Source: Candidatus Nanopelagicales bacterium (lineage in GTDB: Bacteria; Actinomycetota; Actinomycetes; S36-B12). Taken from it: a stretch of 40,135 nucleotides of DNA. Below the pieces are notes generated by a model that had not been told where the DNA came from, searched no databases, and was given only the letters and a program-made list of their open reading frames with translations. The first letter of the stretch is position 1; each line of letters opens with the position of its first letter. The stretch spans positions 1 to 40,135 of the forward strand of contig JBPCSL010000046.1 of NCBI GenBank assembly GCA_051007175.1, in the 5' to 3' direction. Below, one piece after another: positions 18,691 through 29,352 of the stretch. Position numbers and translations under genes: made by a program.

Positions 18691-19492
18691 GACTCCCCCG
18701 CAGGGCGGGATGCGATCCCGCGGTGACGAGGTCGTGCACCGCCGCCCGGGGATCGTCAGCCGTGGCGAGGCTCTCGCCCACCAGGACGGCGTCCGCGCCT
18801 GCCTCGGCGTAGGCGATGAGGTCGCGGGGGCCGCGCACTCCGGACTCGGCGACGCGCACGCAGCTGTCGGGGATGACAGGGGCCACCCGGGCGAACGTGT
18901 CACGGTCGACCTCGAGGGTCTTGAGATTGCGCGCATTGACTCCGATGACGGTGGCTCCGGCATCAACGGCGCGACGGGCCTCGTCCGCGTCGTGGACTTC
19001 GACAAGTGGGGTCATGCCCAGGGATCGCGTGCGCTCGACGAGGCTCACCAGGGCGCTCTGGTCCAGCGCGGACACGATGAGGAGGGCGATGTCGGCACCG
19101 TAGGCCCGTGCTTCCCAGAGCTGATAGCTCGTGACGATGAAGTCCTTGCGCAGGACGGGGATGTCGACCGCGCAACGCACGGTGCGAAGGTCCTCGAGCG
19201 TCCCGCTGAAGCGGCGCGTCTCGGTGAGCACGCTGATGCATCGCGCGCCGCCGGCCTCGTAGTCGCGCGCGAGCTCGGCCGGGTCATCGATGGTCGCCAG
19301 GGCGCCGCGACTGGGACTGGCGCGCTTCACTTCCGCGATGACCCCGACACCCGGCTCGCGGAGGGCGGCTTCGCCGTCGAGCGGGGCCGGCTTGCGCGCC
19401 GCGCACTCCTTCAACTCGTCCAGGGGGACGGCCTGCATGCGCGCGTCGAGATCAGCACGCACTCCGGCCACGATGTCGTCGAGGACGCTCAT
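18683..19492 (-). CDS. trpC: Indole-3-glycerol phosphate synthase
   Basis: [24 protein letters not shown] and ESG motifs. Confidence 0.96.
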   Translation of the reverse strand: MSVLDDIVAGVRADLDARMQAVPLDELKECAARKPAPLDGEAALREPGVGVIAEVKRASPSRGALATIDDPAELARDYEAGGARCISVLTETRRFSGTLEDLRTVRCAVDIPVLRKDFIVTSYQLWEARAYGADIALLIVSALDQSALVSLVERTRSLGMTPLVEVHDADEARRAVDAGATVIGVNARNLKTLEVDRDTFARVAPVIPDSCVRVAESGVRGPRDLIAYAEAGADAVLVGESLATADDPRAAVHDLVTAGSHPALRGSRG

Positions 19493-19548
19493 CGCAACAC
19501 CCCCACAACGCTCACGCGGTCAGAGTGCCACAGCGCGAGCAGGGTGTC

Positions 19549-20016
19549 TCAGCCGACCCCCGACCCCAGGTACGGAACGAAATTCCGGACAACAGCGAAG
19601 ACGAGGCACACGGCCACGAGGGCCACGGGCACGACGCGCGCAAGTGACTCGCGACGCGGAGTGAGGGCTGGCCGACGACCCGTCCACGACCGGTACATCC
19701 ACACCGCCCATCCGGCAATGAGGAAGGGGACGAGCACGACGAAGAGCAGATTGTGATCCATGGCGCCGGCGATATCGCCGTTGGCGAGCGCATGGGTCGC
19801 CCGCAGGCCTCCGCAACCGGGGCAGTCGAAGCCGAAGAGCCACCGCGTCGGGCACACCAGGTAGTGGCCCGGCTGATTGGGATCCACGAACTTGATGTAC
19901 GTGGTGGCCGCGATCACGCCAGCTCCGGCGGCCAGCGGCGGGACCATGCGGCGCCATCGCGGCCGATCGTCGACGCTCGGCCCCGCGACCGCGGGGAGCA
20001 CCTCGGGCGTAGCCAC
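19549..20016 (-). CDS. DUF2752-family membrane protein
   Basis: CPTRWLFGFDCPGCGGLRATHAL signature; usual position upstream of trpC. Confidence 0.88.
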   Translation of the reverse strand: MATPEVLPAVAGPSVDDRPRWRRMVPPLAAGAGVIAATTYIKFVDPNQPGHYLVCPTRWLFGFDCPGCGGLRATHALANGDIAGAMDHNLLFVVLVPFLIAGWAVWMYRSWTGRRPALTPRRESLARVVPVALVAVCLVFAVVRNFVPYLGSGVG

Positions 20017-20025
20017 GACGGCAGC

Positions 20026-21402
20026 CTACGGCGTGACGCCCTCGGACGCCCCGTCATTGCGGGGCACGCCCACGGCAAAGCAGGCACCCCCCTCGGGTGC
20101 ATTCCCCGCGCGCGCCCATCCGCCCATGCCCGTGGCGAGGCGCCCCACGAGGGCGAGGCCGAGGCCGGTGCCCACGGGCCTCAGCCCGCGATAGCGCTCG
20201 TGCAGGATCCCCGGCTCGAAGGCCACGTCGAGATCCTCCGCGGCAAGACCAGGGCCGGAGTCGCGCACCTCCACCACTCCCCAGGGACCCTCCTCGCGCG
20301 CCGACAGCACGATCACCGCGCCGGTGGGCGTGACGCGCAGGGCATTCTCCGCGAGGTTGTCGATAACCTGGCGAATCCGCAGCGGATCCGCGCGCACGCG
20401 CAGGGGTTGTGCGGGGAGGTCGACGCGGAAGTCGATCCCAGCACGCTGGCAACGATCCGACCACACCAGCGCGGCGTCCCGCATCACCTGGCCGAGGTCG
20501 AGGACCACGGGTGTGATCCTGAAATCATCCGCGCGCAACCGCGCGAGATCGAGCAGGTCGCTCACGAGCCGGTCGAGTCGCTGGGCCTCGGACGCCATCA
20601 CCGAGCCCGTGCGCGCGATGTCGTCGTGAGCCACGAGCCCATCCGCCAGGGCCTCGGCGTATCCGCGCACCGACGTGATGGGTGTGCGCAGCTCGTGGGA
20701 GACCGAGAGGAGGAACTCGCGCTGGCGACCTTCCGACACGGCAAGGGCCGCGCTCAGGCGGTTGAGGGACTCGGCGATATTGGCGACTTCGGCCGGACCC
20801 TCGGGCTCCACCACGACTCCGCGCTCGCCGCCGCCCAGCCGATTGGCGGCCTCGGCCGCGGTCCGCAGGGGCCGGGTGATGCGCCGGGCCGCGACCACCG
20901 CGACAACGATCGCGATGACGAGGCCGATGAGCAGGGCCAGCGCAAGACGGGCCAGGACGTCGCGCGCCGAGCCGCCGGCCACCTCGGAGGGCTGCACGAG
21001 CAGGACTCCGGTGCCCGGCTCGAAGGGACGACCCACGACGATGAGCGCTCCCTGGTCGGTCTCCACCGTCTTCTCCAGGGGCTGCCCCTTCGTGACGGCC
21101 TCGACGTCGTCGGGAGTGATGCCCGCGGGAAGGTCCCGGGCACCGGCGCCCACGACGTAGGCGGTGACCTGCTCGGCCTGCAGGACCGAGGCAACCCGCG
21201 GGGGCAGCACGTACTGTCCGCCTGGCTCGACGCGCAGTGCGGTGGCGGTCAAGTCCGCAAGCCTCGCCAGGTCGCTGACGGCAAGCTCCTGCGCATTGCT
21301 GCGCACGAGGGGGAACGACACCAGTCCCGCCACGAGCACCGCGATGGCGGCCACGACGCTCGTCAGCAGGACGATGCGGGCAAGGATGCCGGAGCGCTTC
21401 AC
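20026..21402 (-). CDS. HAMP-domain sensor histidine kinase
   Basis: Two TM segments, HAMP, SHELRTP H-box, NLAENALR N-box, DSGPG and GTGLGL; GTG 21402 overlaps the regulator stop. Confidence 0.93.
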   Translation of the reverse strand: MKRSGILARIVLLTSVVAAIAVLVAGLVSFPLVRSNAQELAVSDLARLADLTATALRVEPGGQYVLPPRVASVLQAEQVTAYVVGAGARDLPAGITPDDVEAVTKGQPLEKTVETDQGALIVVGRPFEPGTGVLLVQPSEVAGGSARDVLARLALALLIGLVIAIVVAVVAARRITRPLRTAAEAANRLGGGERGVVVEPEGPAEVANIAESLNRLSAALAVSEGRQREFLLSVSHELRTPITSVRGYAEALADGLVAHDDIARTGSVMASEAQRLDRLVSDLLDLARLRADDFRITPVVLDLGQVMRDAALVWSDRCQRAGIDFRVDLPAQPLRVRADPLRIRQVIDNLAENALRVTPTGAVIVLSAREEGPWGVVEVRDSGPGLAAEDLDVAFEPGILHERYRGLRPVGTGLGLALVGRLATGMGGWARAGNAPEGGACFAVGVPRNDGASEGVTP

Positions 21403-22091
21403 GCCGGCTCGGCCGAGTAGCCGACTCCGCGCACCGTGCGGATCGGACTCGCATCGCCCAGCTTGGAGCGCACCTGCGCGACATGGACATCGACGGTGCG
21501 CGTGCCCACGACCGCGGCGTACCCCCACACCTCGGAGAGCAGCTGCTCGCGCGAGAAGACCCGCGAGGGCTGCGACATGAGGTATTCGAGAAGGTCGAAC
21601 TCCGTGGCGGTGAGGAGGACTTCGCCCTCATCGACGCTAACTCTCCGCGCGCCTCGGTCGAGGGATACGCGACCCATGCGCAGCGTGTCGCTGGGCGCCT
21701 GCCCGCTCGCGTGCCGGATGGCGACCTTGACCCGGGCGACGACCTCGCGGGGGCTGAAGGGCTTGGTGATGTAGTCGTCCCCGCCGAGCTCGAGTCCCAG
21801 CACCCGGTCGACCTCGTCGTCACGGGCGGTGCAGAAGAGGATCGGGGTCCAGTCGCCGTCGGCCCGCAGGCGACGGCAGACCTCGGTGCCGTCCATGCCC
21901 GGCAAGCCCACGTCGAGGATGACGGCGAGCGGTCGGCGCGCGCGGATCGCGGCGAGCGCCGCCGGCCCTTCCGACTCCACGGAGACGGCGAAGCCCTCGC
22001 GCGCCAGGTAGAGGCTGAGGACCTCGGCAATGGCAGCCTCGTCCTCCACGACGAGGATGAGGCCCCTGCTCGGACCTCCGGGCGCGCTCAC
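21399..22091 (-). CDS. OmpR/PhoB-family response regulator
   Basis: VVEDE, LDVGLPGMDG, DDYITKPFS receiver motifs; winged helix LTATEFDLL...RTVDVHV...TVRGVGY. Confidence 0.95.
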   Translation of the reverse strand: MSAPGGPSRGLILVVEDEAAIAEVLSLYLAREGFAVSVESEGPAALAAIRARRPLAVILDVGLPGMDGTEVCRRLRADGDWTPILFCTARDDEVDRVLGLELGGDDYITKPFSPREVVARVKVAIRHASGQAPSDTLRMGRVSLDRGARRVSVDEGEVLLTATEFDLLEYLMSQPSRVFSREQLLSEVWGYAAVVGTRTVDVHVAQVRSKLGDASPIRTVRGVGYSAEPA

Positions 22092-22092
22092 C

Positions 22093-22320
22093 TCAGGAGT
22101 GGGAACTCGAGCGTTCGCGCTTCGTGGCGCCGAGCCCGGCGGCCTGCATCACCTTGCCCACCACGGCACCGAGCACGACGATCCCGACCCCGACCCAGAA
22201 GACAGGCCACTGGCCGATGACGAGCCCCGTGGTCGACACGATGAAACCCAGCGTGATGAGGACGACCAGGGTCCACGCTGCGGGGGTGGATCCGTGGTTG
22301 CTGCCGTGACCGTCGCTCAC
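22093..22320 (-). CDS. HGxxPAAW-family small membrane protein
   Basis: HGSTPAAW motif then two TM segments; purine-rich GAAGGGAG before GTG 22320. Confidence 0.88.
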   Translation of the reverse strand: MSDGHGSNHGSTPAAWTLVVLITLGFIVSTTGLVIGQWPVFWVGVGIVVLGAVVGKVMQAAGLGATKRERSSSHS

Positions 22321-22347
22321 GCTCGTGCTCCCTTCGACTGACTCCAT

Positions 22348-22947
22348 TCAACCACTCCGAGGCCTCGGATCCGTAGGGTCCTCGCCGCGGTCGAGGGCAT
22401 CCCACGCCGCCACACCCCCCACGCTGGTCTCGGTGGGAGCAGGTCCGGCCGGTCGCTCGTACCGACGCGACATGCCGGGCCACGCCGGCCCGCGAATGAC
22501 CGCGAGGAATCCAACGATCACGACGAGCAGGGCACCGCCCATGGCGACGATCCACCACCCCGTGGTGGAGACCGTCTGCGCAGTGACATCGCCCATGGCA
22601 CGGGCATCGAGAACCGCGTCGATGAACGATGCCCCCGTGAGGCCGAAGGCCAGGGCGGTCGCGCCTGCGGCGCCGCCGCACAGGACGAGAACCGCTCCCA
22701 CGATGCGCCGCCCCCACGCGCGCGTGGCGAGGAGAACCGCCACACCGGCGAGTGCGAGCCATCCCGCGGCCGACCCGAGCGGCGCCAGATCGCGGCCCGA
22801 GAGGGCGACATCGCTCGCGGGCACCCCCGGGGTCGCGTCCCCGGTGAAGACGGGCACGGTCGCCACCGCCCAGGTCGCGCCGTACGCGAGCAGGAGCGTG
22901 ACCGCGCCGACCAGGAGGGCCAGGAGGGCGGCGAGGTACTCACGCAT
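22348..22947 (-). CDS. Trp biosynthesis-associated membrane protein (TIGR02234-like)
   Basis: Four hydrophobic segments, WPGMSRRYER and WDALDRGEDPT; directly downstream of trpE. Confidence 0.88.
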   Translation of the reverse strand: MREYLAALLALLVGAVTLLLAYGATWAVATVPVFTGDATPGVPASDVALSGRDLAPLGSAAGWLALAGVAVLLATRAWGRRIVGAVLVLCGGAAGATALAFGLTGASFIDAVLDARAMGDVTAQTVSTTGWWIVAMGGALLVVIVGFLAVIRGPAWPGMSRRYERPAGPAPTETSVGGVAAWDALDRGEDPTDPRPRSG

Positions 22948-24517
22948 CGACGGGCTCCGTGGCGACGGTGCGCAGGGTCCCCGCGATGGCGACGGCGCGC
23001 AGCACGGCCATGGCCTTGGCCTGGCACTCGGCGTCCTCGGCGGCTGGAACGGAGTCGGCGACGACGCCCGCCCCCGCCTGGACGTGGGCGACTCCTGGCC
23101 GGATCACGGCCGTGCGGATCGCGATGGCCATGTCGAGGTCTCCTGCGAAGTCGATGTAGCCGACGCATCCTCCGTAGAGGCTGCGGCGGGCCGGCTCGAG
23201 CTCGTCGATGATCTGCATCGCCCGCGGCTTGGGGGCACCCGACAAGGTGCCGGCCGGAAACGTCGCCGCGAGCGCGTCGTAGGCCCCGCGGTCGGGAGTC
23301 AGCGCGCCGACCACGGTGGACACGAGATGAATGACATGCGAGTAGCGCTCCACCTGCATGAAGTCGACGACTTCGACACTGCCGGGATCGCAGACCCGGC
23401 CGAGGTCATTGCGTCCGAGGTCCACGAGCATGAGGTGCTCGGCCCGCTCCTTCTCGTCGGAGAGCAGGTCCTCGCCGAGCCGCGCGTCCTCCTCCGGGCT
23501 CGAGCCCCGACGGCGGGTGCCCGCGATGGGATGGAGCAGGCAGCGCCCTTCGTGCACCGTGACGAGCGCCTCCGGCGAGGAGCCGACAATGTCGAAGGCC
23601 ACCCCATCGCCGTCGGTCTGCGGGATCCGAAGCAGGTACATGTAGGGGCTGGGGTTCGTGACCCTCAGCACGCGGTACACATCGAGGGCGGATGCCGGGC
23701 AGTCGACATCGAATCTCTGGGAGAGCACCACCTGGAAGGCGTCCCCTGCTCGGATGTACTCCTTCGCTGCCTCCACCGACGCCTGGAAGGCCTCGGCTGT
23801 CGTACGCCGCGCCGGCGTCGCCTCAGCCGCAGGGTCGTAGGTCGAGACCGTGGACTGCGCAGGGGCCGACAGGTCTGCCTCCATCCTGTCGAGGCGAGCC
23901 ATGGCGTCGTGCCAGGCATCGTCGATGCGCTCGTCCGTGGCGTCGTAGTTGATGGCGTTGGCGATGAGCAGCACCGTGCCGTCCGCGTGGTCGAGGACCG
24001 CAATGTCGGTCGCGAGGAGGAAGCCCAACTCGGGGAGGCCGAGCTCGTCGGGGTTGGCGTCGGGCACACGTTCCCATCGGCGCACCGCGTCGTACCCGAG
24101 GTAGCCCACCATTCCCCCGGTGAGCGGCGGCAGCCCGGTGGGCCGGTCGGTCTGCAGGATGCCGATGACCTCGCGCAAGGTCTCCAGGGGATCGCCGCCC
24201 GACGGCATGTCGATCGGCGGCCGCCCCACCCACGTGGCCGCGCCATCGGACTCGGTGAGCATCGCGCTGCTGCGCACTCCGACGAAGCTATAGCGGGAGT
24301 AGGAGCGGCCATGCTCGGCCGACTCCAGCAGGAAGGTGCCCGGCCGCTCCCCCGCGAGCTTGCGGTAGAGCCCGACAGGGGTCTCCCCGTCCGCGAGGAG
24401 ACGACGCACCACGGGGATGACGCGCCGGCCGGGGGCCAGCTCCCGGAACCTGTCGAGTCCCGGCGCGCTGCCACCGGGAGCCGGAAGGACGAATCCCCAG
24501 GCGACCCTCTCGCTCAC
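22940..24517 (-). CDS. trpE: Anthranilate synthase component I
   Basis: [30 protein letters not shown] and [10 protein letters not shown] motifs; GTG 24517 overlaps the hisI stop. Confidence 0.96.
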   Translation of the reverse strand: MSERVAWGFVLPAPGGSAPGLDRFRELAPGRRVIPVVRRLLADGETPVGLYRKLAGERPGTFLLESAEHGRSYSRYSFVGVRSSAMLTESDGAATWVGRPPIDMPSGGDPLETLREVIGILQTDRPTGLPPLTGGMVGYLGYDAVRRWERVPDANPDELGLPELGFLLATDIAVLDHADGTVLLIANAINYDATDERIDDAWHDAMARLDRMEADLSAPAQSTVSTYDPAAEATPARRTTAEAFQASVEAAKEYIRAGDAFQVVLSQRFDVDCPASALDVYRVLRVTNPSPYMYLLRIPQTDGDGVAFDIVGSSPEALVTVHEGRCLLHPIAGTRRRGSSPEEDARLGEDLLSDEKERAEHLMLVDLGRNDLGRVCDPGSVEVVDFMQVERYSHVIHLVSTVVGALTPDRGAYDALAATFPAGTLSGAPKPRAMQIIDELEPARRSLYGGCVGYIDFAGDLDMAIAIRTAVIRPGVAHVQAGAGVVADSVPAAEDAECQAKAMAVLRAVAIAGTLRTVATEPVDA

Positions 24518-24831
24518 GGCGAGGGCTCGTATGCCGTGAAGCAGGTCCGACTCCCCGTATGACAGGCGGCGCCCGACTGGTCCACGAGAAGGAGCAGGAC
24601 ATCGCCGTCGCAGTCGATGCGGATCTCGCGCACGTCCTGGACGTGGCCGGAGGTCTCGCCCTTGACCCAGTACTCGCCGCGGCTGCGCGACCAGTACGTC
24701 GCTCGCCCCGTGTGCCTGGTGCGCCGAAGGGCCTCCGCATCCATCCAGGCCACCATGAGCACCTCCCCCGAATCCCACTGCTGGGCGACCACGGGAAGGA
24801 GGCCGTCATCATTGAACCGGGGCTCGATCAC
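24514..24831 (-). CDS. hisI: Phosphoribosyl-AMP cyclohydrolase
   Basis: [20 protein letters not shown] and [10 protein letters not shown] motifs. Start at GTG 24831 (GTG 24858 is possible). Confidence 0.94.
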   Translation of the reverse strand: MIEPRFNDDGLLPVVAQQWDSGEVLMVAWMDAEALRRTRHTGRATYWSRSRGEYWVKGETSGHVQDVREIRIDCDGDVLLLLVDQSGAACHTGSRTCFTAYEPSP

Positions 24832-24847
24832 CGCTCCATTGTCCCGG

Positions 24848-25636
24848 TCAGCGCGCACTCGGGGAGACCGGCCTCACCGGCAGGCCAGCGCGGGCAAGCT
24901 CGGCCTTGACCTCCGCGATCGACACCATGCCGAAATGGAAGACGCTCGCTGCCAGGACGGCGTCCGCGCCCGCTCGGACGGCCGCGACGAAGTCCTCGGC
25001 CTGTCCGGCTCCGCCACTGGCGATCAGGGGGACCGACACGATGGCACGCACCTGACGGAGGAGGTCGAGGTCGAAGCCGCCGCGCGTGCCGTCGGCATCC
25101 ATGGAGTTGAGCAGGATCTCCCCGGCTCCGCGCGCCTCGCACTCACGCGCCCACGACAGGGCGTCGAGGCCTGTCCCCTGGCGACCGCCGTGCGTGGTGA
25201 CCTCGAATCCGGAGGCCGTGACGCCAGGCGCGCAGCGCCGCACGTCGAGCGAGAGCACGACGCACTGCGACCCGAAGAGCCGAGCGGCCTCGCTCAGCAG
25301 CTCGGGCGACGAGACCGCCGCCGTGCTGATGCTCACCTTGTCGGCCCCGGCGCGCAGCAGGCGATTGACGTCCTCCGTGGAGCGCACGCCACCGCCCACC
25401 GTCAGCGGGATGAAGACCTGGTCAGCAGCACGCCGTACGACGTCATAGGTTGTCTCGCGGTCTCCGCTCGAGGCTGTGATGTCGAGGAACACCAGCTCGT
25501 CGGCACCCTCGGCGTCATAGCGCCGCGCCAATTCCACGGGATCGCCGGCATCCTGGAGCCCGGCGAAGCGGACGCCCTTGACCACCCGGCCCGCATCCAC
25601 GTCGAGGCAGGGGATGACGCGCACGGCGAGGCTCAC
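24848..25636 (-). CDS. hisF: Imidazole glycerol phosphate synthase cyclase subunit
   Basis: [21 protein letters not shown] and NSMDADGT motifs; GTG 25636 overlaps the priA stop. Confidence 0.96.
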   Translation of the reverse strand: MSLAVRVIPCLDVDAGRVVKGVRFAGLQDAGDPVELARRYDAEGADELVFLDITASSGDRETTYDVVRRAADQVFIPLTVGGGVRSTEDVNRLLRAGADKVSISTAAVSSPELLSEAARLFGSQCVVLSLDVRRCAPGVTASGFEVTTHGGRQGTGLDALSWARECEARGAGEILLNSMDADGTRGGFDLDLLRQVRAIVSVPLIASGGAGQAEDFVAAVRAGADAVLAASVFHFGMVSIAEVKAELARAGLPVRPVSPSAR

Positions 25637-26421
25637 GGCTGGGGCGGGCCCCACTGGAAGAAGTCGAAGCGGGCCTGGACGGCCGCGATGGCATCGGCGA
25701 GGCTGAAGGCACCGTCGTACAGCGCGCGTCCGACGATGGCCCCCTCGATCCCGTCGGGCATCATCTCGACGAGCTTGTGCAGGTCCTCGAGCGTGGCGAT
25801 GCCGCCCGAGGCGACGACGGGACGCTCGGTGTGCTTGCAGACCCGGTGGAGCAGGTGGAAGTGCGGTCCCTCCATGGTCCCGTCGCGGTCCACATCGGTG
25901 ACGATGTAGCGCGCGCAGCCCGCGGCATCGAGGCGATCGAGAGCCTCGAAGAGGTCACCGCCCTCCTGCGTCCAGCCACGAGCCGCCAGGGTGGTGCCGC
26001 GCACGTCGAGCGACACGGCGATGCGGTCGCCGTGGGTCGCGATCGCCGAAGCGACCCAGTCCGGGCTCTCCAGCGCGGCCGTTCCGATCACCGCGCGCGT
26101 CGCCCCCGTGGCCAGTGCCGCTGCGAGTGCGTCGTCATCGCGAATCCCTCCCGCGACCTCCACCACCTCGACGCGATCACTCACCGCCCGGACAACCTGT
26201 GCCACCACGTCGGCGTTGGACCCGCGGCCGAAGGCCCGGTCGAGGTCGACCACGTGCAGCCACCCAGCACCCTGCTCCACCCAGGTCTCGGCGGCACGCA
26301 CGGGATCGCCGTACTCCGTCTCCGAGCCCGCCGCACCCTGAACGAGCCGCACGGCGGCTCCGTTCTGGATGTCGACGGCGGGCATGAGGGCGAAGGGGCG
26401 TGGGGTCATGTGCTTCGACAT
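25633..26421 (-). CDS. priA: HisA/PriA-type phosphoribosyl isomerase
   Basis: [26 protein letters not shown] and TDVDRDGT motifs; no trpF in the adjacent trp cluster. Confidence 0.9.
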   Translation of the reverse strand: MSKHMTPRPFALMPAVDIQNGAAVRLVQGAAGSETEYGDPVRAAETWVEQGAGWLHVVDLDRAFGRGSNADVVAQVVRAVSDRVEVVEVAGGIRDDDALAAALATGATRAVIGTAALESPDWVASAIATHGDRIAVSLDVRGTTLAARGWTQEGGDLFEALDRLDAAGCARYIVTDVDRDGTMEGPHFHLLHRVCKHTERPVVASGGIATLEDLHKLVEMMPDGIEGAIVGRALYDGAFSLADAIAAVQARFDFFQWGPPQP

Positions 26422-26491
26422 GCGACGACCCTAGGGGGTACGCCGTCTCCCCAGGGACCCGGCTTCGTGAGGCCCCCGAGGGCGGTCGGCG

Positions 26492-26821
26492 TCACACGCG
26501 GCCGAAGGCGAGCACCCAGGCGATGGGCGCCGCGAGGAGGCTCAGCCCCAGGAGCACGAGGCGCGCGGGCCAAGAGGGAAGGAGTGGCCACACGAGGACC
26601 TGGATGAGCACGATGACGACGGCGAACGCCACCAGGCGTCGCCGTCGTCGCCGCGCGAGCAGGCCTGGGGCGAGCCGGGGGGCATCCGGCACGAGCGCGG
26701 ACACGCGGCCCTTTGCCCGATCGAGTCGCTCGCGGCGGGCGCGGCGACGGGCCCGGACTTCCCTCTCGCGGGCGGTCGCGGCCTCGCGCTCGGCGCGCTT
26801 GCGTGCCCGCTCCTTCGCCAC
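26492..26821 (-). CDS. Small hypothetical membrane protein (Arg-rich N-terminus, two C-terminal TM segments)
   Basis: GTG 26821 overlaps the hisH stop (TAGTG); fills the hisH-priA gap. Confidence 0.7.
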   Translation of the reverse strand: MAKERARKRAEREAATAREREVRARRRARRERLDRAKGRVSALVPDAPRLAPGLLARRRRRRLVAFAVVIVLIQVLVWPLLPSWPARLVLLGLSLLAAPIAWVLAFGRV

Positions 26822-27450
26822 TAGCGGATCCCCTGGACCCACGTGCGCAGGAGCGCGGCGCCCGCGTCACCGGACTTCTCCGGATGGAACTGGGTGGCCC
26901 ATAGCGGCCCGTTCTCCACGGCGGCCACGAAGGGCGTCTCGTAGTCGCACCACGTCACGAGCGGAGGCGCTAGCAACTCGTCGTCGCGCAGGGTCCACTG
27001 CAGGACGCCGTAGGAGTGGACGAAGGAGAAGTACTCGTCGCCAATGCCGGCGAACATCACGCTGTCGGGCGGGGCCGTCACGGTGTCCCAGCCCATGTGC
27101 GGGAGGACGCGTGCCTCCAGTCGCTCCACGGTGCCCGGCCACTCGCCGAGCCCCTCCACGGTGACGCCGTGCTCCACTCCCTGGGCGAAGAGCACCTGCA
27201 TCCCGACGCAGATGCCGAGGACCGGGCGACCGCCACTGAGCCGTCGGTCGATGAGCCGAGGCGCATCGACCGCGCGGATGCCGTCCATGCAGGCGGCGAA
27301 TGCCCCGACGCCGGGCACCACCAGCCCATCCGCCCGGTCGACCGCATCCGGGTCGGCCGTGACGTCCACGTCCGCGCCCGCCCGCTCGAGGGCTCGCTGC
27401 ACCGAGCGAAGGTTGCCGGACCCGTAGTCGAGGACGACTACCGATGTCAC
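26821..27450 (-). CDS. hisH: Imidazole glycerol phosphate synthase glutaminase subunit
   Basis: [23 protein letters not shown] and TQFHPEKS motifs; GTG start at 27450. Confidence 0.96.
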   Translation of the reverse strand: MTSVVVLDYGSGNLRSVQRALERAGADVDVTADPDAVDRADGLVVPGVGAFAACMDGIRAVDAPRLIDRRLSGGRPVLGICVGMQVLFAQGVEHGVTVEGLGEWPGTVERLEARVLPHMGWDTVTAPPDSVMFAGIGDEYFSFVHSYGVLQWTLRDDELLAPPLVTWCDYETPFVAAVENGPLWATQFHPEKSGDAGAALLRTWVQGIR

Positions 27451-27608
27451 ACGGGCTCCCATGCCCACAGGAAGGCCGCGGCCACGGACATCACCGCGAG
27501 GATCGACAGCACGATCGCGGCATTGCGCCGCTTCTGCTTGAAAAAGGAATAGGCGCCCCCGACAAGGAAGCCGGCGAGGGCCAGCAGCGCGATGACGGTC
27601 CACTGCAT
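27447..27608 (-). CDS. 53-aa two-TM membrane protein between hisB and hisH
   Basis: [26 protein letters not shown]...; stop overlaps the hisH start (GTGA); begins 2 nt after the hisB stop. Confidence 0.8.
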   Translation of the reverse strand: MQWTVIALLALAGFLVGGAYSFFKQKRRNAAIVLSILAVMSVAAAFLWAWEPV

Positions 27609-27610
27609 GG

Positions 27611-28222
27611 CTAGGACTCCGCCGAGGCACGACTGGAGAGGGTGCCCTTGGTCGAGGGGACACCGAGCACGCGCGCATCGAGGCTCACGGCGTCGCGCAG
27701 CGCGCGGGCCACCGACTTGAACTGGGCCTCGACGACATGGTGCGCATTGCGTCCGGAGAGCACGCGCACGTGCAGGGTGATCTGCGCGGTCGCAACGAAG
27801 GACTCGAAGATATGCCGCGTGAGTGTCGTGTCGTAGCTCCCGATGAGCTCCACGATCTCGGGCTCCTCGTGCACGAGGTAGGGACGGCCGGAGAGGTCGA
27901 CGGCGACCTGGCACAGGGACTCATCCAAGGGCACGAGCGCATCACCGAAACGACGAGTGCCGACCGCCTCCCCCAGGGCCTCGCGGAAGGCCGTACCCAG
28001 GGCGAGCGCGGTGTCCTCCACCGTGTGGTGGGCGTCGACCTCGAGGTCGCCCGCCGTCTCCACGGTGAGATCGAAGCCGCCGTGCTTGGCCAGCTGCGCC
28101 AGCATGTGATCGAAGAAGGGCACGCCGGTGGACACCGTCGAAGCCCCGGCCCCGTCGAGGTCGATGTCGACCAGGACTCGGCTCTCCTTGGTCGATCGCT
28201 CGACCCGGCCATGGCGGCCCAT
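27611..28222 (-). CDS. hisB: Imidazoleglycerol-phosphate dehydratase
   Basis: [25 protein letters not shown] and PSTKG motifs. Confidence 0.96.
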   Translation of the reverse strand: MGRHGRVERSTKESRVLVDIDLDGAGASTVSTGVPFFDHMLAQLAKHGGFDLTVETAGDLEVDAHHTVEDTALALGTAFREALGEAVGTRRFGDALVPLDESLCQVAVDLSGRPYLVHEEPEIVELIGSYDTTLTRHIFESFVATAQITLHVRVLSGRNAHHVVEAQFKSVARALRDAVSLDARVLGVPSTKGTLSSRASAES

Positions 28223-28231
28223 CTCGCCCCC

Positions 28232-29344
28232 TCACCCTCGCGGAGCAGACATCATGCCCTGCTCGCCGACGACCTCGGCCAGGGCGGTGCGGAAGGCGAC
28301 GTTCTCCTCGGGCGTGCCGATGGTGACGCGCAGCCATCCCTCGGGACCCACTTCGCGGACGAGGACGCCGCGATCCAGGAGCGCCTCCCAGGCGCGGCGG
28401 CGATCGGCGAAGACGCCGAACATCACGAAGTTGGCATCGGAGTCGATCGCCTGGAGTCCTGACTCGCGCAGCCACGACACGAGCGCGTCGCGCTCCGCTC
28501 GCAACAGGTCGACCTTGGACAGCAGGTCCTGCGCGTGCTCCAGGGCGACCTCCGCCACGGCCTGGGTGATGCTCGACAGGTGGTAGGGCAACCGCACGAC
28601 GCGGAGCGCCTCGATGACCGAAGGGTGCGCGATCGCGTAGCCCAGCCGCGCCCCGGCGAGAGCGAATGCCTTGCTCATCGTGCGCGTCACCACGAGATTG
28701 GGGTGGGCTTCCTGCAGGAGCAGGGCACTGGGGGTGCCCGGCCTGCGGAACTCCGCGTAGGCCTCGTCGACCACCACGATGCCCGTGGACGTCGCGCAGG
28801 CTGCCGTGATGACCTCGAGGGGAAGGGCGGTGCCGGTCGGATTATTGGGCGAGGTCAGCATGACGATGTCCGGCGAGCCGCCCAGGATGGCCGCCACGAC
28901 AGTCACCGCATCGAGGGTGAAGTCCGGATTGCGCCTCACCGACACGAAGCGGGTGAAGGTGTCGCGCGCGTACTGCTCGTACATCGAGTAGGTCGGGCTG
29001 AAGGCCATCACCGTGCGTCCCGGTCCACCGAAGGCGCCGAAGATGTGCTGCATCACCTCGTTCGAGCCGTTGGCCGGCCACAGCTGACTGGGCGGCACGC
29101 GCACACCGGACTCCTCGGCGAGATAGTCGGCGAGCCGCTCGCGCAGGGACCAGGCCTCGCGGTCGGGGTAGCGATGCAGACCCGCGACTGCCGCCGCGAC
29201 GGCGCGACCGACATCCGTCGCGAGCTGCGGCGAGGGCGCGTAGGGGTTCTCATTGGTGTTGAGGCGCACCGGAACGTCGATCTGCGGAGCGCCGTAGGGC
29301 ACGAGTCCGCGCAGATCGTCCCGGCGAGGGGCGTCGTAGGACAT
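28232..29344 (-). CDS. hisC: Histidinol-phosphate aminotransferase
   Basis: LNTNENPY, SPNNPTG, DEAYAEF and RTMSKAF motifs. Confidence 0.95.
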   Translation of the reverse strand: MSYDAPRRDDLRGLVPYGAPQIDVPVRLNTNENPYAPSPQLATDVGRAVAAAVAGLHRYPDREAWSLRERLADYLAEESGVRVPPSQLWPANGSNEVMQHIFGAFGGPGRTVMAFSPTYSMYEQYARDTFTRFVSVRRNPDFTLDAVTVVAAILGGSPDIVMLTSPNNPTGTALPLEVITAACATSTGIVVVDEAYAEFRRPGTPSALLLQEAHPNLVVTRTMSKAFALAGARLGYAIAHPSVIEALRVVRLPYHLSSITQAVAEVALEHAQDLLSKVDLLRAERDALVSWLRESGLQAIDSDANFVMFGVFADRRRAWEALLDRGVLVREVGPEGWLRVTIGTPEENVAFRTALAEVVGEQGMMSAPRG

Positions 29345-29352
29345 GGCGTCTG

